DNA of 64,000 nucleotides, from assembly GCA_039961635.1 (NCBI GenBank), contig JABRWB010000041.1, forward strand, positions 1,448-65,447, in the 5' to 3' direction. Under the pieces are notes generated by a model that was not told where the DNA came from, searched no databases, and worked only from the letters and a program-made list of their open reading frames with translations. Below are positions 9,290 to 18,673 of the stretch, piece after piece (within the stretch, counting starts at the first letter, position 1; every line of letters begins with the position of its first letter). The translations under genes were made by a program, and so were the position numbers. This stretch comes from a bacterium. GTDB lineage: Bacteria; 4484-113; JAGGVC01.

Positions 9290-9783
9290 ATGACCTGTTC
9301 TATCTTGCTGATTTGCTCGAGCAAAGGCATATTATCGAAAAGTCGATTTCAGACATCATACGCGGTCCGGCATACAAGGTTAACGTAGCCGAATATTTGG
9401 CGATTAGGGTTTTCGATATCCAGGCCGCGGGCCGCGGCCACCCCGGGGGCATGGAAGGCTGGTTTGCTTCAGGCCCGCTTTCAGGCCGATCCGTAAAAGT
9501 AAAGGCTTTCGCGCGCAACGAATATTACCTCGATATTCCGGCGGCCCACGCGCCCGAATATTACCTTGTGTTCATACACGGAGGCGCGCTGCTGGTGAGT
9601 ACTTTATATTTAATCAACATTGGGAATTTGCTGAAGGATTTGCAAAAGCGCGGCGCCCTGATTGGAGGTGCGACGAATTTGCCGCGCAGCTTCTGGGACG
9701 ATTCCGAGTTGTTTCCAAGGCAGATAAGCCGCGAGCTTATCCTGTCGCCGGAACAACATCATATGCTTTCGATTTTTGCATAG
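9286..9783 (+). CDS. Hypothetical protein (165 aa) of unknown function, translationally coupled to pth by an ATGA overlap.
   Basis: Codon usage matches its neighbours. Its start overlaps the pth stop. No motif recognised. Confidence 0.55.
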   Translation: MNDLFYLADLLEQRHIIEKSISDIIRGPAYKVNVAEYLAIRVFDIQAAGRGHPGGMEGWFASGPLSGRSVKVKAFARNEYYLDIPAAHAPEYYLVFIHGGALLVSTLYLINIGNLLKDLQKRGALIGGATNLPRSFWDDSELFPRQISRELILSPEQHHMLSIFA

Positions 9784-9786
9784 GGG

Positions 9787-10725
9787 GTGATGCCAGTGGC
9801 TATCAGCGTTTTAAGCGTTTCTCTCGGAAGCTCCAAGCGGGACAAAAAAGTTTCCACGGCGCTTTTAGGAGAACAGGTCATTATTGAAAGGCGCGGCACC
9901 GATGGCGATATTAACGCCGCCATCCGGCTGATCCGCGAAATGGACGGAAAGGTGGACGCGATCGGTCTCGGCGGGATTGATCTTTACTTATGGGTCGGAG
10001 ACCGCAAATACGTCGTCAGAGATGCGCTTAAAATGGCGCAGGCGGCCAGGAAATCGCCTGTTGTGGACGGCAGCGGTCTAAAAAACACGCTTGAGCGGCG
10101 CACCGTAGAGTGGCTGGCGCAAAAGTTCGAGGGTACTCCAAAACTTTCGGATTCGCGGGCGATGATGACTAGCGGCATAGACCGCACGGGAATGGCGCAA
10201 TCGTTATGGAAATACTGCAGAAGCGTCGTTTTCGGCGATCTTGCATTCGCCTTGGGAATCGGGATACCCATTCGTAGTCTGAAAACGTTGTTCTTCCTTG
10301 GCAGCGTGCTGCTGCCCATTGTCACGCGCCTGCCGTTCACATGGATTTATCCGACGGGCGAAAAGCAGGAGAAACAAACTCCGAAGTATCCAAAGTTGTT
10401 CGAGAGCGCCGACTGGATATGCGGCGACTTTCATTACATAAAGCGGTACGCGCCGTCAAATTTGAACGGCAAGGTGATTCTTACAAACACGACAACAGAA
10501 GAAGACGTGACAATGCTCGCAGGCCGGGGCGTGAGATGGCTTGTTACGACAACTCCCGTTTTCGAGGGCCGGAGCTTTGGAACCAATCTTCTGGAAGCGT
10601 GCATCGTCGCGTTGATCAAGCGCTCGCACAGCGAGGGATATTTGCCGACATTAGCCGATTACGAAGCGTATTTGAACAAGCTGGAAATCACACCATCGGT
10701 TCGCGCATTGGATAAGGCAAATTAA
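9787..10725 (+). CDS. Hypothetical protein (312 aa), possibly Rossmann-like and distantly AroM-like; unknown function.
   Basis: Begins 4 nt after the previous gene. The N-terminus PVAISVLSVSLGSS...DAIGLGGIDLY has a beta-alpha-beta character. No confident family assignment. Confidence 0.55.
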   Translation: MMPVAISVLSVSLGSSKRDKKVSTALLGEQVIIERRGTDGDINAAIRLIREMDGKVDAIGLGGIDLYLWVGDRKYVVRDALKMAQAARKSPVVDGSGLKNTLERRTVEWLAQKFEGTPKLSDSRAMMTSGIDRTGMAQSLWKYCRSVVFGDLAFALGIGIPIRSLKTLFFLGSVLLPIVTRLPFTWIYPTGEKQEKQTPKYPKLFESADWICGDFHYIKRYAPSNLNGKVILTNTTTEEDVTMLAGRGVRWLVTTTPVFEGRSFGTNLLEACIVALIKRSHSEGYLPTLADYEAYLNKLEITPSVRALDKAN

Positions 10726-11585
10726 TCCGAATTTGCGGTGCGGACGATTTCGACTTGGTGCGGGAATGGTATTTCTATCGCGTTTGCGCGGAATAACTCG
10801 ACCACGTCCTGTTGCATTCTCCGTTGAAGTTCATGCTGTTTGCCGGGCTTGACCTTTATCGCGATAAAGTATTCCACTCCGGAATCTTTAAGCGAATTGA
10901 CTCCGAGAATTTCCGGCTCGCCCAGGATGTAATCCAATTCCTTCATCAATCCCAACGAATACTCGCTTAACAAGGTTCTTACTTTGTCGAAGTCGGTAGA
11001 GTAAGCAACATCCACTTTCAAAAAAGCGCGGGCGAATCCTTTGGACAAAACGACCAAGGTGGAAACCTGGGAATTAGGTATTACGTGAATTGAACCGTCG
11101 AAGGCCACAAGTTTGATATTTCTTAGTCCGAGCCGTTCAACGGTGCCGACATGTTCCCCTACTTTGATCACGTCGCCAACGCCAAATTCGCCTTCAATCA
11201 GAATGAAGTAGCCGGCGATCACATCCTTTACAAGCTCTTGGCTGCCAAAACCGATTGCCAGCCCCAAAATTCCCGCGCCTGCAAGTAACGGCCCCAGGTC
11301 TACTCCGAACTCGGACAGCACCAGCAGGCTGGCAATAAAAACGACCACATACCTGTAAAGATTCCGCAGCACTCCGCTGACTGTGCGCACGCGTTCGGCT
11401 ATTCCTGGTTCGGATTCAAGACGCTTGGAAGCCCTGTCCGCGATTCGCTTGGACAGAAGATTGCCCGCCGCGAGCGCGATCCAAGAACCTACAATAATCA
11501 AAACAATTCTTGCGCCGTGCGCCAGATAACCGGTTACAACCGGAGTCAGCCATTCGGTGGTTACACGGACGGGCAGGTCTTCCAT
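10722..11585 (-). CDS. mscS: Small-conductance mechanosensitive channel (MscS family).
   Basis: 3 TM helices, then GAGILGLAIGFGSQELVKDVIAGYFILIEGEFGVGDVIKVGEHVGTVERLGLRNIKLVAFDGSIHVIPNS, the MscS beta-domain signature. Confidence 0.85.
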   Translation of the reverse strand: MEDLPVRVTTEWLTPVVTGYLAHGARIVLIIVGSWIALAAGNLLSKRIADRASKRLESEPGIAERVRTVSGVLRNLYRYVVVFIASLLVLSEFGVDLGPLLAGAGILGLAIGFGSQELVKDVIAGYFILIEGEFGVGDVIKVGEHVGTVERLGLRNIKLVAFDGSIHVIPNSQVSTLVVLSKGFARAFLKVDVAYSTDFDKVRTLLSEYSLGLMKELDYILGEPEILGVNSLKDSGVEYFIAIKVKPGKQHELQRRMQQDVVELFRANAIEIPFPHQVEIVRTANSD

Positions 11586-11747
11586 CGCTGCATCCTCAAA
11601 AAAGACGCAACATGTTATCAGGTTCCAATTCCGTCCACTATCATTCCTGGCAGCTCTTTACCGCTAGCAGAGGAATAATCAGCCAGGCGAGTCCTTTCAC
11701 GAAAAAGAACACAGCGCCAGCAATGCCGACTCTGGCAAGCCATTTTT

Positions 11748-12075
11748 TCAAGTGGTAATCACCTCATAGGTTCTGAAATCGGACGAAAGCGGAGACTCTT
11801 CTCCCCTCGCTTTGGCCTCCTTGATATCTTCGAATCCGCGCTGGTGGCCTTCGATGAATTCCGGTGAACCTACCCAAGCCTTGAAATTTTCCTCGGATTC
11901 CCAGTGGCTTACTATCAGATAACTGTCTCCGTCCTTTTTGGGACGAAGTACTTCCATACGAATAAAACCAGGCATTCTGTCGATCGCGCGCGCGCGCGTC
12001 TTGAACAGGTACTCGAATTTCTCCCTATAGTGCTCCTTGCACGTGATGTAATTGATTGCAACGAACAAACCATAC
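11748..12075 (-). CDS. Antibiotic-biosynthesis-monooxygenase (ABM) domain protein; start codon uncertain (TTG?).
   Basis: PGFIRMEVLRPKKDGDSYLIVSHWESEENFKAWVGSPEF shows the ferredoxin-like ABM fold pattern. The N-terminal 60 aa of the full ORF (to 12269) is R-rich junk, so the start is placed internally. Confidence 0.55.
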
Positions 12076-12154
12076 CTCCAGAAGATGAAATTGCGAAATT
12101 GAAAGTTCCGCGGCCCATCCCTTCGGGAAAGCCCGCTATTTCTACCCCGAATTA

Positions 12155-12174
12155 CCGAAATTATGTAATTTCGG
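12155..12174. promoter_or_regulatory. Perfect 9-bp inverted repeat CCGAAATTA-TG-TAATTTCGG in the divergent ABM/gspF intergenic region; candidate operator.
   Basis: Read directly. It sits about 50 bp upstream of the gspF ATG. Confidence 0.35.
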
Positions 12175-12223
12175 CGGCAACCACCGGCTAATTGTCCGGA
12201 GAGCTGATGGGGTAAAATGATTT

Positions 12224-13408
12224 GTGCCCACCTACAGGTACGAAGCCCGCGATATGGACGGCCGGTCAAGCTCCGGCACCATTGAAGCGGAATCGCAGGA
12301 CGCCGCTGTTGGCAGGCTGCTTGACGGCGGACTTTTCGTCCACCGGATTAGGGAATCTGCAGGCCAAATCTACCATTCCGAAGGTGGAACCTCGACCTTC
12401 AGCTACGGCCAAGGCTGTTTAAGCGCGATTGCCGGAAGCATCATCCCTTTCGTGACGCTGGGCGAGCTTGCGCTTGTGACAAGGGAACTGGCATCGGGCG
12501 TAGGAGCAGGATTGAACCTCGCGCATGCCATTTCGGCCGTCCTGGAAGGCTCGCTTTCCCCGATGATGCAAGGCGCTCTGCGCGACATTTCGACACGAAT
12601 CCAGTCGGGTGACACATTCGAGGAAGCTCTGGCCAGGCATCCGCGCATCTTCAACAAGATGTACAGAGGAATGATCAAGGCGGCGGAAGGAAGCGGTACG
12701 CTCGATATCGTGCTGGCCAACCTCGCTCAGTTTCTGGAGGAAGAAGTCGACCTTCGGCGGCGCGTGCAGGGCGCGCTGATTTATCCATCCATTGTGTTCG
12801 TAGTCGCGCTTGGTGCGGCATTCATCCTGGCGTGGTTGGGTTATTTCGGCATGAGCCTGTTCAGCGTGATGGTTGCAGCCGCGGTTGCAGTCGTCGCAAT
12901 TTGGCTGCTCGGCAAGAACCGTCACGTGGCTGCAATGTTCCGGCTGGTACTCTCGGTAACTCCGGGAATTGGCGGAATGATCGCGACGGCGGGTGTGGCG
13001 CGCACGTGCCTCGCCCTCGGGACTATGATCAAAAGCGGGGTACCATACCTTGAAGCGCTGGATATGGCAAAAGACGCGGCGAACCATCACGGCATAGAGC
13101 AGGCGCTTTCGGTCGTTTACAGCGAAGTCAGCCGTGGCGAGCAGCTTTCAACCAGCCTTGCCAAAAGCAGGATTTTCCCAAGCGTTCTTCGCCACCTGGT
13201 GGCCGCGGGGGAGCATGCGGGCAGTGTTGACGATATGCTGTTCAAGGTTTACCAGTACTTGCAGGGCGAACTTCAATACAGGACAAGGGCGATGCTTACT
13301 ATGATCGGCCCCTTGTTCACAATCCTGTTCGGCGCGCTCGTGCTATACATCGCGCTGATGTTTTGGTCGGGGTATTTTGAAAAAATCATGTCGGCGGCGG
13401 GATCGTGA
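12224..13408 (+). CDS. gspF: Type II secretion / type IV pilus inner-membrane platform protein (GspF/PilC family).
   Basis: N-terminus MPTYRYEARDMDGRSSSGTIEAESQDAAVGRLLDGGLFV plus two GspF-type domains with TM segments. No GspE/PilB ATPase is adjacent. Confidence 0.8.
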   Translation: MPTYRYEARDMDGRSSSGTIEAESQDAAVGRLLDGGLFVHRIRESAGQIYHSEGGTSTFSYGQGCLSAIAGSIIPFVTLGELALVTRELASGVGAGLNLAHAISAVLEGSLSPMMQGALRDISTRIQSGDTFEEALARHPRIFNKMYRGMIKAAEGSGTLDIVLANLAQFLEEEVDLRRRVQGALIYPSIVFVVALGAAFILAWLGYFGMSLFSVMVAAAVAVVAIWLLGKNRHVAAMFRLVLSVTPGIGGMIATAGVARTCLALGTMIKSGVPYLEALDMAKDAANHHGIEQALSVVYSEVSRGEQLSTSLAKSRIFPSVLRHLVAAGEHAGSVDDMLFKVYQYLQGELQYRTRAMLTMIGPLFTILFGALVLYIALMFWSGYFEKIMSAAGS

Positions 13409-14160
13409 AACGAAGCCTCGACGCGGTTGAACATTTTGCGGTGGATTTAGTCCGGCTTCAGGCGGGATGGGCAATCACCACGCTCGTGCTTGCCATCCAG
13501 GTTGTGGCTGTCGTGTTTTTCTCGGCTGCAGCGCCCGAAATTAAAACGCTTGATCAACAGGCGGCTTGGGAATCGGAGGTTCTTCGCTGGTTGTTGATTC
13601 CGGGAATTGTTTGCCTCTATCTCAAAGCTTGCCTGTATCTGTGGCGTTCGACCGCCCCAAAAGGAAATGCCTTGCACGCCCAATCGGTGCCGCGGACTTA
13701 CTCTCAAGCCGCAGGTGCGACGATTGTCGTGCTTTCGATTGACAATGCAATACTTTTGCTCGTTCCATTGGCCTTCGGCTTTGGAGATTACCTGTCGGTT
13801 TTGGAGAGAGGCGTGCAGATTTTTGCATTCGTTTCTTCCGGTACTGCGGTTGCAGGTTTGCTGTTCATCAAATTAGCACCGCGCCAGCCCCTTTTCGCGC
13901 CGATTTATTTCGCCTGGATGCTTTTGTTGGAATATGCGCAGGTCTGGCTTTCCCGCGAACATCCGGAATTGCCTTTGTTCAACGATTTGTTCGCTTGGAA
14001 TCGAATTTTTCCAAGTTTGGCGACGCAGACGACGACGTTGAAGCTCGACTCATTTCAGATCTACGAGCTTCTGTTTGCTTCCGCCATAACGGTCGCGGTC
14101 GCACTGGCTTTGATTACGGCGGTTCACGGAAAAATAAAAAGTGCAGCTAGCGGTTCCTGA
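13405..14160 (+). CDS. Polytopic membrane protein (about 7 TM), unknown function, translationally coupled to gspF.
   Basis: ATGA overlap with the gspF stop. Hydrophobic helices throughout. Contains SIDN...GFGDY. Confidence 0.6.
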   Translation: MKRSLDAVEHFAVDLVRLQAGWAITTLVLAIQVVAVVFFSAAAPEIKTLDQQAAWESEVLRWLLIPGIVCLYLKACLYLWRSTAPKGNALHAQSVPRTYSQAAGATIVVLSIDNAILLLVPLAFGFGDYLSVLERGVQIFAFVSSGTAVAGLLFIKLAPRQPLFAPIYFAWMLLLEYAQVWLSREHPELPLFNDLFAWNRIFPSLATQTTTLKLDSFQIYELLFASAITVAVALALITAVHGKIKSAASGS

Positions 14161-15241
14161 CCCGGAACAAGTATGCTCCTGCCGCGGCGACAATCGCGTT
14201 CGGAATCCAGCTTGCCAAAAGCGGCTGGATGGCACCTGCCTGACCAAGTTTCATCGCCACGACCGTTATTACATAGTAAACAAGCACAATCAAAACCGCG
14301 ATGCCCATTCCCGTTCCACCCGTCGTCCGAGCTGCGCTTATCGCGAGAGGAAACGCTATGAGAACAAAAAACACGCTGGCAAAGGGAGTGGAGAATTTGA
14401 AGTAATACTCGACGCGCGCCTTTGCGGCTTCGCGTTCAAGACCTTCCCTTTGCAAATCGTTGATATATGCCCGAAGCTCCGATATGCTCATTTCAAGGCT
14501 TGTCTTCGCCTTACGGGTCAGCCCGGACGGTTTGATTTCGAGTTCGCGTATATCAAGGATATCGAAAGTGGACGTAAGAACCGAGCCTTCCTGCATTACT
14601 TGGTAGCGCGAGCCGTTATGGAATACCCAATGATCCTCCTGCCAGACGCCCGTTTCTGCCGTAATCCAAGAGCTGCGCTGGTCGGTGGGGCCGAAATTGA
14701 AAAACTTTATTCCCGTCAGCTTGTCTCCCTCAAGCTTTTCAGCGAGCAAAAGAAAGGTGAGCTGCCCGCCTTCGTAGAAAGGCAAGACGAGGTTTTCCTG
14801 ATTCACCGCTCCTGTCTTGCGCAATAAAACTTCGTTCTTAATGCGGACGATTGCGCTGTTGGCGCCCGGCGCGACGCCTTCTGAAAGGAAAAAAGTGATG
14901 CCGGCTGCAGCAACCCCGAAGTAGGCAACTGCGGCTGCAGCCCTTAAAAGCGAAATCCCTGCCGCTCTAAGAGCAATTATCTCGGAATCGTTGTTTAGGC
15001 GGCCGATCCCAAGCAGTGTTCCCAAAAGCACCGACATGGGGAACGAAAGTGCAACAACTTGAGGAATACCCAAAAGAACAAGCTTTGCGAAAAGCGAGAA
15101 GGGCAGGTTGAACTTGATCATGAAGTCCAGGGTGGACTTAAGCATCGTCGCCGATACGATGAGAATTGAAAAGCTGAATAGCCCGAATAAAAAGGGCTGC
15201 CAAACTTCGCCAAGAATGAGCCGGTCAACCCTTTTGAACAC
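14147..15241 (-). CDS. LptF/LptG-family LPS export permease (YjgP/YjgQ).
   Basis: MFKRVDRLILGEVWQPFLFGLFSFSILIVSATMLKSTLDFM...IALRAAGISLLR is the canonical N-terminal motif. 6 TM helices plus a periplasmic beta-jellyroll. Confidence 0.8.
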   Translation of the reverse strand: MFKRVDRLILGEVWQPFLFGLFSFSILIVSATMLKSTLDFMIKFNLPFSLFAKLVLLGIPQVVALSFPMSVLLGTLLGIGRLNNDSEIIALRAAGISLLRAAAAVAYFGVAAAGITFFLSEGVAPGANSAIVRIKNEVLLRKTGAVNQENLVLPFYEGGQLTFLLLAEKLEGDKLTGIKFFNFGPTDQRSSWITAETGVWQEDHWVFHNGSRYQVMQEGSVLTSTFDILDIRELEIKPSGLTRKAKTSLEMSISELRAYINDLQREGLEREAAKARVEYYFKFSTPFASVFFVLIAFPLAISAARTTGGTGMGIAVLIVLVYYVITVVAMKLGQAGAIQPLLASWIPNAIVAAAGAYLFRVRNR

Positions 15242-15322
15242 GAACGCATTCTAACACAGTAAACCGACGCAAATAGGATAATCAAATCCCAATGTTGTTC
15301 GAATGCGGATTCCATTTGACAG

Positions 15323-15808
15323 GTGATTCCTGAAGGCTATCATGAATGCGTGGGACTTACGCGCTATCAAATCGCGGTTGCAGTTCTCGCGCTTACATTG
15401 GTTTCGGGCGGCGTGTTCATTTACTCGATGAACCAGCTTTCCAGTCCTCCTCCGCAGGACAGCTCCGCCATCGTGGATCGTAGGATGGAGACGGCTTCAT
15501 CTCTTCCCACGTCGCCGGCAATCGTTTCTCCACAGCCAGCCGGTGCAGAGCACTTGGCCGCCGCGGAAAAGCCCGCACCAAAATCGTCCTCCGCCAAAAA
15601 GCAGCCGCCTAAGAGCCCGATCAACATAAATACGGCGAAAGCGGAGGACCTCCAGCAGCTTCCGGGTATCGGACCGGTTCTTGCCGAGCGGATTATTCAA
15701 TATAGAAACGAAAACGGCTTTTTTGCTTCTCCTGATGATTTGATAAACGTTAAAGGGATCGGAGAGAAAAAGCTCGCAGATATATTACCCTACGTGAGGG
15801 TGCAGTGA
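15323..15808 (+). CDS. comEA: ComEA-family helix-hairpin-helix DNA-binding protein (membrane anchored).
   Basis: [55 protein letters not shown] is the tandem HhH signature. Confidence 0.8.
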   Translation: MIPEGYHECVGLTRYQIAVAVLALTLVSGGVFIYSMNQLSSPPPQDSSAIVDRRMETASSLPTSPAIVSPQPAGAEHLAAAEKPAPKSSSAKKQPPKSPININTAKAEDLQQLPGIGPVLAERIIQYRNENGFFASPDDLINVKGIGEKKLADILPYVRVQ

Positions 15809-16113
15809 CCGGCGCTCCGAAATTTGAAGAACGCGGTATCGGGATTGAATTTGCCGTCAGGGCAATTCCCGGTGCCGGCAAGAACGAAATTGCCGGCGCT
15901 TACGGCGACGCCGTTAAGGTCAGAGTCGTTGCGCCGCCGGAGAAGGGCAGAGCGAACAGAGAAATCGAGAAGCAGCTGGCGGGGTGGCTTGGAATCCCTG
16001 CCAAGAACGTGACAGTAACTGCGGGCGCCGCGACGCGGGATAAGCGCGTGCGCGCGGTGGGTATAGATGCGTCAACCTTTGCCGAAAAACTGGCGGCATT
16101 GAGATGCAAATAG
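15805..16113 (+). CDS. DUF167/YggU-family protein.
   Basis: [51 protein letters not shown] matches the UPF0235 pattern. Confidence 0.7.
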   Translation: MTGAPKFEERGIGIEFAVRAIPGAGKNEIAGAYGDAVKVRVVAPPEKGRANREIEKQLAGWLGIPAKNVTVTAGAATRDKRVRAVGIDASTFAEKLAALRCK

Positions 16114-16135
16114 CGGATTTTTGGGATTTGGCCGG

Positions 16136-16360
16136 CTACTTCGCGTACTTTTTTATTACTTCGTCCGGTATCCGTACGCCTTTGTTCGTAAAAGAGCGCA
16201 GGAAACGCGTAGAAACCTTCAGCCGAACCTTTCGACCATCCTGGTAAAGTGTGACGGACTGGAGGTTCGGGTTGAACCTGCGCTTGGTCTTCCGCTGCGA
16301 GTGCGAAACGTGATGCCCCGTCAACGGAGCTTTACCGGTTACCTGACAACGCTTACCCAT
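16136..16360 (-). CDS. rpmB: 50S ribosomal protein L28.
   Basis: MGKRCQVTGKAPLTGHHVSHSQRKTKRRFNPNLQ... A GGAGG SD lies 7 nt upstream. Confidence 0.95.
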   Translation of the reverse strand: MGKRCQVTGKAPLTGHHVSHSQRKTKRRFNPNLQSVTLYQDGRKVRLKVSTRFLRSFTNKGVRIPDEVIKKYAK

Positions 16361-16400
16361 ACAAATACCTCCAGGTGTGGCCTGACGGCCGGAAGCGGGG

Positions 16401-16429
16401 ATTATAACAATAGCTCCGCCGCTGTCAAG
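16401..16429 (-). promoter_or_regulatory. Near-consensus sigma70 promoter for rpmB (TTGACA-N17-TATAAT on the minus strand).
   Basis: Minus-strand read: cTTGACAgcggcggagctattgtTATAATcc, then GGAGGT and the ATG about 35 nt downstream. Confidence 0.6.
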
Positions 16430-16446
16430 AGTGCTCGGCCCGGATT

Positions 16447-17514
16447 TTACCCGCCAAAATGGCGATAGGCAACGCTGCTTGCGGAGACAAGCTCATCCGC
16501 AAGTTCGTCATCCCTATGGAAAATGTCAAGGAATTCCTGAAGGAACTGTGCCTCAAATTCACCGAGTGCAATGAGCACCACTCCATCGGTTGTTTTCACC
16601 GCATACACCATCGGCCGCTTATCATGTTTATCCTGAAGCAGCTTTGCCAGTTCGGAATTTTTGGTTTGAAAAACGCTTACGACAAGGGAAGGGTCGTCTC
16701 CCGTGAAAATCATCTGGAATACTAGATTGTGCTTGAGGTTGTGAGGAATAAGTTCCTCAAAAGCGAATCCCTCAGGAATTTTGGTGAATTCAGGCACCAG
16801 GGGTCTCCACGCGTTTGCCGCGGAAATCGCTCCGTCGTGCCTGAAGCTGGGCAAGGGTGACTTGTTTTCGAATCCATACGGTATATCGAAAAGCGAGTTG
16901 TCGATATCCGCGACATGGATGAATTTCAAATCGTCAAGCACTTCAAAGGTCAGCAGCTTGCGATTATCCACCAACAATTCCAGCTTTAGCGGAAAGCCGC
17001 TGTCGGCGGATATCCAGACTTTGCGCACCATTCGTCCGGGAATGGCGACTATCCAAGTCCTTTTGCTGCCGTATTTCCCTTCGGACACGGTTGCATTTTC
17101 AAGCAATGCTGCCTGTCGGCCGCCGATGTTTATCCATTCCTGAATTCCGCCCCAGCCGCGTGGATCGTTGACCGCGATTTTTCTGCTCCTGTCCACAAGA
17201 TATCTGCGGTCTTCGACGCGGATGAAGTAAATATCTACGTCCTTCAAATCGCCTTCGGCATCCCTTACCTGGGGCTGTATTAGAGACTTGCCTGGGACGT
17301 GGATAATTCGCTGAAATACTTCCTTTGTGCCGCGCGAGCCCCTGGATTTTACAATTCGAATCGTGCAGGAATAGGCGCTACTTTCAAGTGTGTGGCGTAC
17401 TTTGGAAAGCAGCTCTTCCGCTGTTGGATTCTTAGCCGCGACAGGCGCAGTGGCCGAAAAGATAAACATTAAGCTCGCGGCCAAGGATGCGGCTTTTGGC
17501 GAAAGCAATTTCAT
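16447..17514 (-). CDS. Periplasmic RseB/MucB-like (LolA-fold) protein. It is the third gene of the ECF sigma operon.
   Basis: Signal peptide MKLLSPKAASLAASLMFIFSATAPVAA. About 355 aa. Sits immediately downstream of the sigma/anti-sigma pair with overlapping stop and start. Confidence 0.5.
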   Translation of the reverse strand: MKLLSPKAASLAASLMFIFSATAPVAAKNPTAEELLSKVRHTLESSAYSCTIRIVKSRGSRGTKEVFQRIIHVPGKSLIQPQVRDAEGDLKDVDIYFIRVEDRRYLVDRSRKIAVNDPRGWGGIQEWINIGGRQAALLENATVSEGKYGSKRTWIVAIPGRMVRKVWISADSGFPLKLELLVDNRKLLTFEVLDDLKFIHVADIDNSLFDIPYGFENKSPLPSFRHDGAISAANAWRPLVPEFTKIPEGFAFEELIPHNLKHNLVFQMIFTGDDPSLVVSVFQTKNSELAKLLQDKHDKRPMVYAVKTTDGVVLIALGEFEAQFLQEFLDIFHRDDELADELVSASSVAYRHFGG

Positions 17515-18050
17515 TTGCCGCCGCTCTCCTCCAACGGCGCCGGAACAATCTCAAGCTCGTCTGGATTTACGGCTGAGTAAAGCATCCCGTTCATTTCCGA
17601 TTCGGCAAGCCTGTGGCTGTCAACCGCGAAACGGAGAAACTCGTCCGCAGTTATTTCCGAATTGACGAGTATTGATGAAGAATTACCGGTTTGTGCATTG
17701 CGATCGAAATCCGCGGAAACATAAAATTGCGAGTTGTCCGGCGCAAGTGCGCGCGATGCAAAGGGGATGCCGAGCCAGATAATCGCGGCGAAAACGCCCA
17801 AAAGCGATCCGAAAAAGGCAAGCCGAACGGCGCCCCGTCTGACGTTGTCGCGTTTCCTGAGTTTGATTGCCGCGCCTATTCTGGTTTCAAGGTATGGAGA
17901 AGGTTCGTCGCGGACAATATTCGCGACCGCAAGCTTAAGTTCGCGCTGCTCATTAAAACGGTGCCGGCATTCAGGACAAACATCAAGATGTCTGCGAATC
18001 TTTTGGGCAAGATCGGCGTTCTTAATAGCACCGTCAAGATATGGATCCAT
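17511..18050 (-). CDS. Anti-sigma factor (zf-HC2 zinc-finger type, single TM).
   Basis: HLDVCPECRHRFNEQRELK is a CxxC...H zinc-finger motif. TM segment AVRLAFFGSLLGVFAAIIWLGI. Start placed at MDPYLDG, 24 nt after the sigma-factor stop. Confidence 0.65.
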   Translation of the reverse strand: MDPYLDGAIKNADLAQKIRRHLDVCPECRHRFNEQRELKLAVANIVRDEPSPYLETRIGAAIKLRKRDNVRRGAVRLAFFGSLLGVFAAIIWLGIPFASRALAPDNSQFYVSADFDRNAQTGNSSSILVNSEITADEFLRFAVDSHRLAESEMNGMLYSAVNPDELEIVPAPLEESGGK

Positions 18051-18073
18051 ATGATGTTTCAGATAATTGCAGT

Positions 18074-18673
18074 TCACTGGGTTGCATCTCCTTCGCTGAA
18101 TCCCGTAGACTCCAAAAGCTCGCGAAGCTTCTTTCGGGCATAAAAAATCCTGGACTGCACCGTACCGAATGGAATCGAAAGCGAATCGGCGATTTCTTGG
18201 TAGGACATACCTTCGAGATCGCAAAGCACTAAGACGTTTCGCTGCTGGTCGTTCAACATATCAAGGCATTTTCGAACGTGCTTTCTGGTGTGCTCTCGCG
18301 TAAGCTCGGCCTTCGGATTTCCGACGTCAACGAATGTCTCGCGGATGCTATCCTCGGTATCGACAACTTGCGGCTTTTTCTTCCGAATAAAATCGAGCGT
18401 CACGTTGTAGGCGATTCTGAAGAGCCAGCTTTTGAAGCTTGCGTTGTTCTTCAAGCTTCGCAAGTTGAAATACGCTTTTACGAACACATCCTGGGCGAGA
18501 TCTTCCGCATCTTCATTGTTTTTGACCATTCCACGAATGAAATGGAAAACCCTGCGATGGTAGGCGCGCACAAGTTGACCGTAAGCGGATTCGTCTCCGC
18601 GGCGGGCGAGTTCGACGATTTCGGCTTCATGGCCGATTTCGTCTAGTATGCCCGTTGACAGGTTGTTGCACAT
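18074..18673 (-). CDS. ECF (group IV) RNA polymerase sigma factor, RpoE-like.
   Basis: Region 2: LVRAYHRRVFHFIRGMVKNNEDAEDLAQDVFVKAY. Region 4: MSYQEIADSLSIPFGTVQSRIFYARKKLREL. Start placed at MCNN, giving 199 aa. Confidence 0.85.
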   Translation of the reverse strand: MCNNLSTGILDEIGHEAEIVELARRGDESAYGQLVRAYHRRVFHFIRGMVKNNEDAEDLAQDVFVKAYFNLRSLKNNASFKSWLFRIAYNVTLDFIRKKKPQVVDTEDSIRETFVDVGNPKAELTREHTRKHVRKCLDMLNDQQRNVLVLCDLEGMSYQEIADSLSIPFGTVQSRIFYARKKLRELLESTGFSEGDATQ

